A stretch of 64,000 bases of DNA from Octopus sinensis (taxonomy: Eukaryota), in NCBI RefSeq assembly GCF_006345805.1, contig NC_043003.1:14632001-14696000 (forward strand), given 5' to 3'. How positions within the stretch are numbered: the stretch's first letter is position 1; every line of letters begins with the position of its first letter. The position numbers were made by a program, and so were the translations under genes. The notes under the pieces were generated by a model. That model saw only the letters and a program-made list of their open reading frames with translations, made no database searches and had not been told where the DNA came from. This document shows, piece by piece, positions 63,276 through 64,000 of this stretch.

Positions 63276-63853
63276 CCTTCTTGAAATTTCTAATACATCA
63301 TGGCCACAGTTCAGCAAAACTATTAAAATAAAAAAATCTAAAAAAGAAATTTTTTTAAATCTAAAATACCCATATACACATATTTACTTAGGTGCTTATA
63401 AATATAGTCTTTCTGTCAAGGCTGTAATCTAACAATGTAACAACAGGTTACAAGTTATTCCATTCTCTTTAGAATTACAAGCAGCCTGACTAAATATATT
63501 TGAAGAATGTAAAAATGTTTTAGAAATATATTATGCTTTCATATGCAAAATTATTTCCTTATCAGGCCGTACCATTTTCCATGTAATTTAGTACACACAT
63601 ACATACATACATTACATACATAAATACAAGCACATGTGTGTTATTTTTGTATCTATGTATGTATGTGTTATACATACACACATATAATATTTGAGTATAT
63701 ATGTGTATATATATATATGTATATATGTATGTATGTATATATATATATAAAGTTAATCCGAACAAGAAAACAAAAACAAAAAAACACAACAACGCAAGGA
63801 CGTGGAACAAATAAAGTATTATTGGACGCTCAAGAAAGAAGGGAAGAAGGAGG

Positions 63854-63888
63854 GTTTGACGTTTCGAGCGGAGCTCTTCGTCGGAAAC
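63854..63888 (-). ncRNA. Minimal type I hammerhead-ribozyme-like motif (Penelope-type)
   Basis: GTTT-CCGACGA-A-GAGC(TCC)GCTC-GAAAC-GTC-AAAC: stem I GUUU/AAAC, stem II GAGC/GCUC, GUC triplet, palindromic ACGU; one core deviation (U to C). Confidence 0.55.
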
Positions 63889-64000
63889 ATAGGAGAAGGA
63901 AAGATCCCGAGAAGGGAAGATAGAGGGAAAAAAAAATAATAAATCGCCAACGGTACACACGAGATCACATTTATCATTCCTTTTGAAGATTGCTCTTAAA

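Overview
This is eukaryotic, AT-rich DNA saturated with microsatellites. The SINE families and repeat landscape point to an octopus (coleoid cephalopod) genome; this is inferred from recalled repeat families, not from a search. Nearly all ORFs in the track are read-throughs of simple repeats. The only protein-coding sequence I can support is mobile: a 5'-truncated L1/Tx1 LINE (12.4-16 kb), several restriction-like-endonuclease (R4/Dong-like) LINE 3' pieces (29.4-30.1 kb, 40.9-43.9 kb), an RTE LINE with a PHD-type finger inside its RT (54.5-56.9 kb), a full-length but dead mariner (36.8-38.1 kb), and Penelope, maT, hAT and piggyBac remnants. There are also dozens of copies of at least four tRNA-derived SINE families. 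No host gene can be named; there are only low-confidence candidate exons and promoter signals in TE-poor islands (about 21-24, 30-36 and 59-62 kb). Most notable: (1) three LINE lineages each sitting in a different microsatellite, (ATCT)n, (ACAT)n and (AAT)n; (2) Nin/Deu-domain SINE dimers and trimers with a fixed junction in the loop of the tRNA-derived hairpin, inserted as single TSD-flanked units; (3) two covarying minimal hammerhead-ribozyme motifs; (4) many fold-back structures that would give dsRNA if transcribed.
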